Source of the DNA: Pseudovirgaria hyperparasitica
Taxonomy: Eukaryota
DNA length: 64,000 bases
Assembly: GCA_010093815.1 (NCBI GenBank)
Contig: ML996576.1
Reading direction: 5' to 3' (one strand)
In this document: piece after piece, positions 63,915-64,000 of the stretch
Numbering within the stretch: position 1 is the stretch's first letter
How the letters are laid out: every line of letters starts with the position of its first letter
Program-made: the position numbers and the translations under genes
Notes under the pieces: model-generated
Told to the model about the DNA's origin: nothing
The model's database searches: none
What the model saw: the letters and a program-made list of their open reading frames with translations, nothing else

Positions 63915-64000
63915 ATGGCATATTCCGTCATGCCTACTACCGGGGGCTTGCCACAACCACGCCGAAAGGTCGTCACCTACGGCCGAGCGAAGCGCGCACC
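63915..64000 (+). CDS. 5' end of a gene running off the right edge
   Basis: MAYSVMPTTGGLPQPRRKVVTYGRAKRA, open to the edge. An R/K-xxTYG N-terminal motif occurs in Wapl-like and other nuclear proteins, but the fragment is too short to assign. Confidence 0.4.
   Translation, partial: MAYSVMPTTGGLPQPRRKVVTYGRAKRA

Overview
Eukaryotic DNA from a filamentous ascomycete (Pezizomycotina), judged from short GT-AG introns with CTRAC branch points and typical fungal orthologues. No bacterial operons, CRISPR arrays, tRNAs or intact transposons were recognised. Left half (1-31 kb): conserved genes (ADE5,7, GH7 cellobiohydrolase, a CMAS-family methyltransferase, a small three-exon complex I subunit NDUFB2-like gene absent from the ORF track, BUR1, HOM3, KAE1). 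These are interleaved with lineage-specific genes (two secreted Cys-containing proteins, NmrA-like, small Myb/SANT-like, Zn2Cys6 factor, two orphans) and gene relics (F-box-like pseudogene, ankyrin fragment). Right half: MDR1-type ABC transporter, BDP1, BRE1, STH1/SNF21, CWC2, SARAF, a small two-exon orphan, and a URG1/URC1 - ELF1 - uracil phosphoribosyltransferase group, with very microsatellite-rich spacers. The most unusual signal is a repeated set of roughly 0.5-1.3 kb blocks that run C/A-rich to G/T-rich on the + strand regardless of gene orientation. It even resets inside CWC2 and is not obvious in the large housekeeping genes. All gene identities come from motif recognition by eye, not from database searches, and exon boundaries were read manually.
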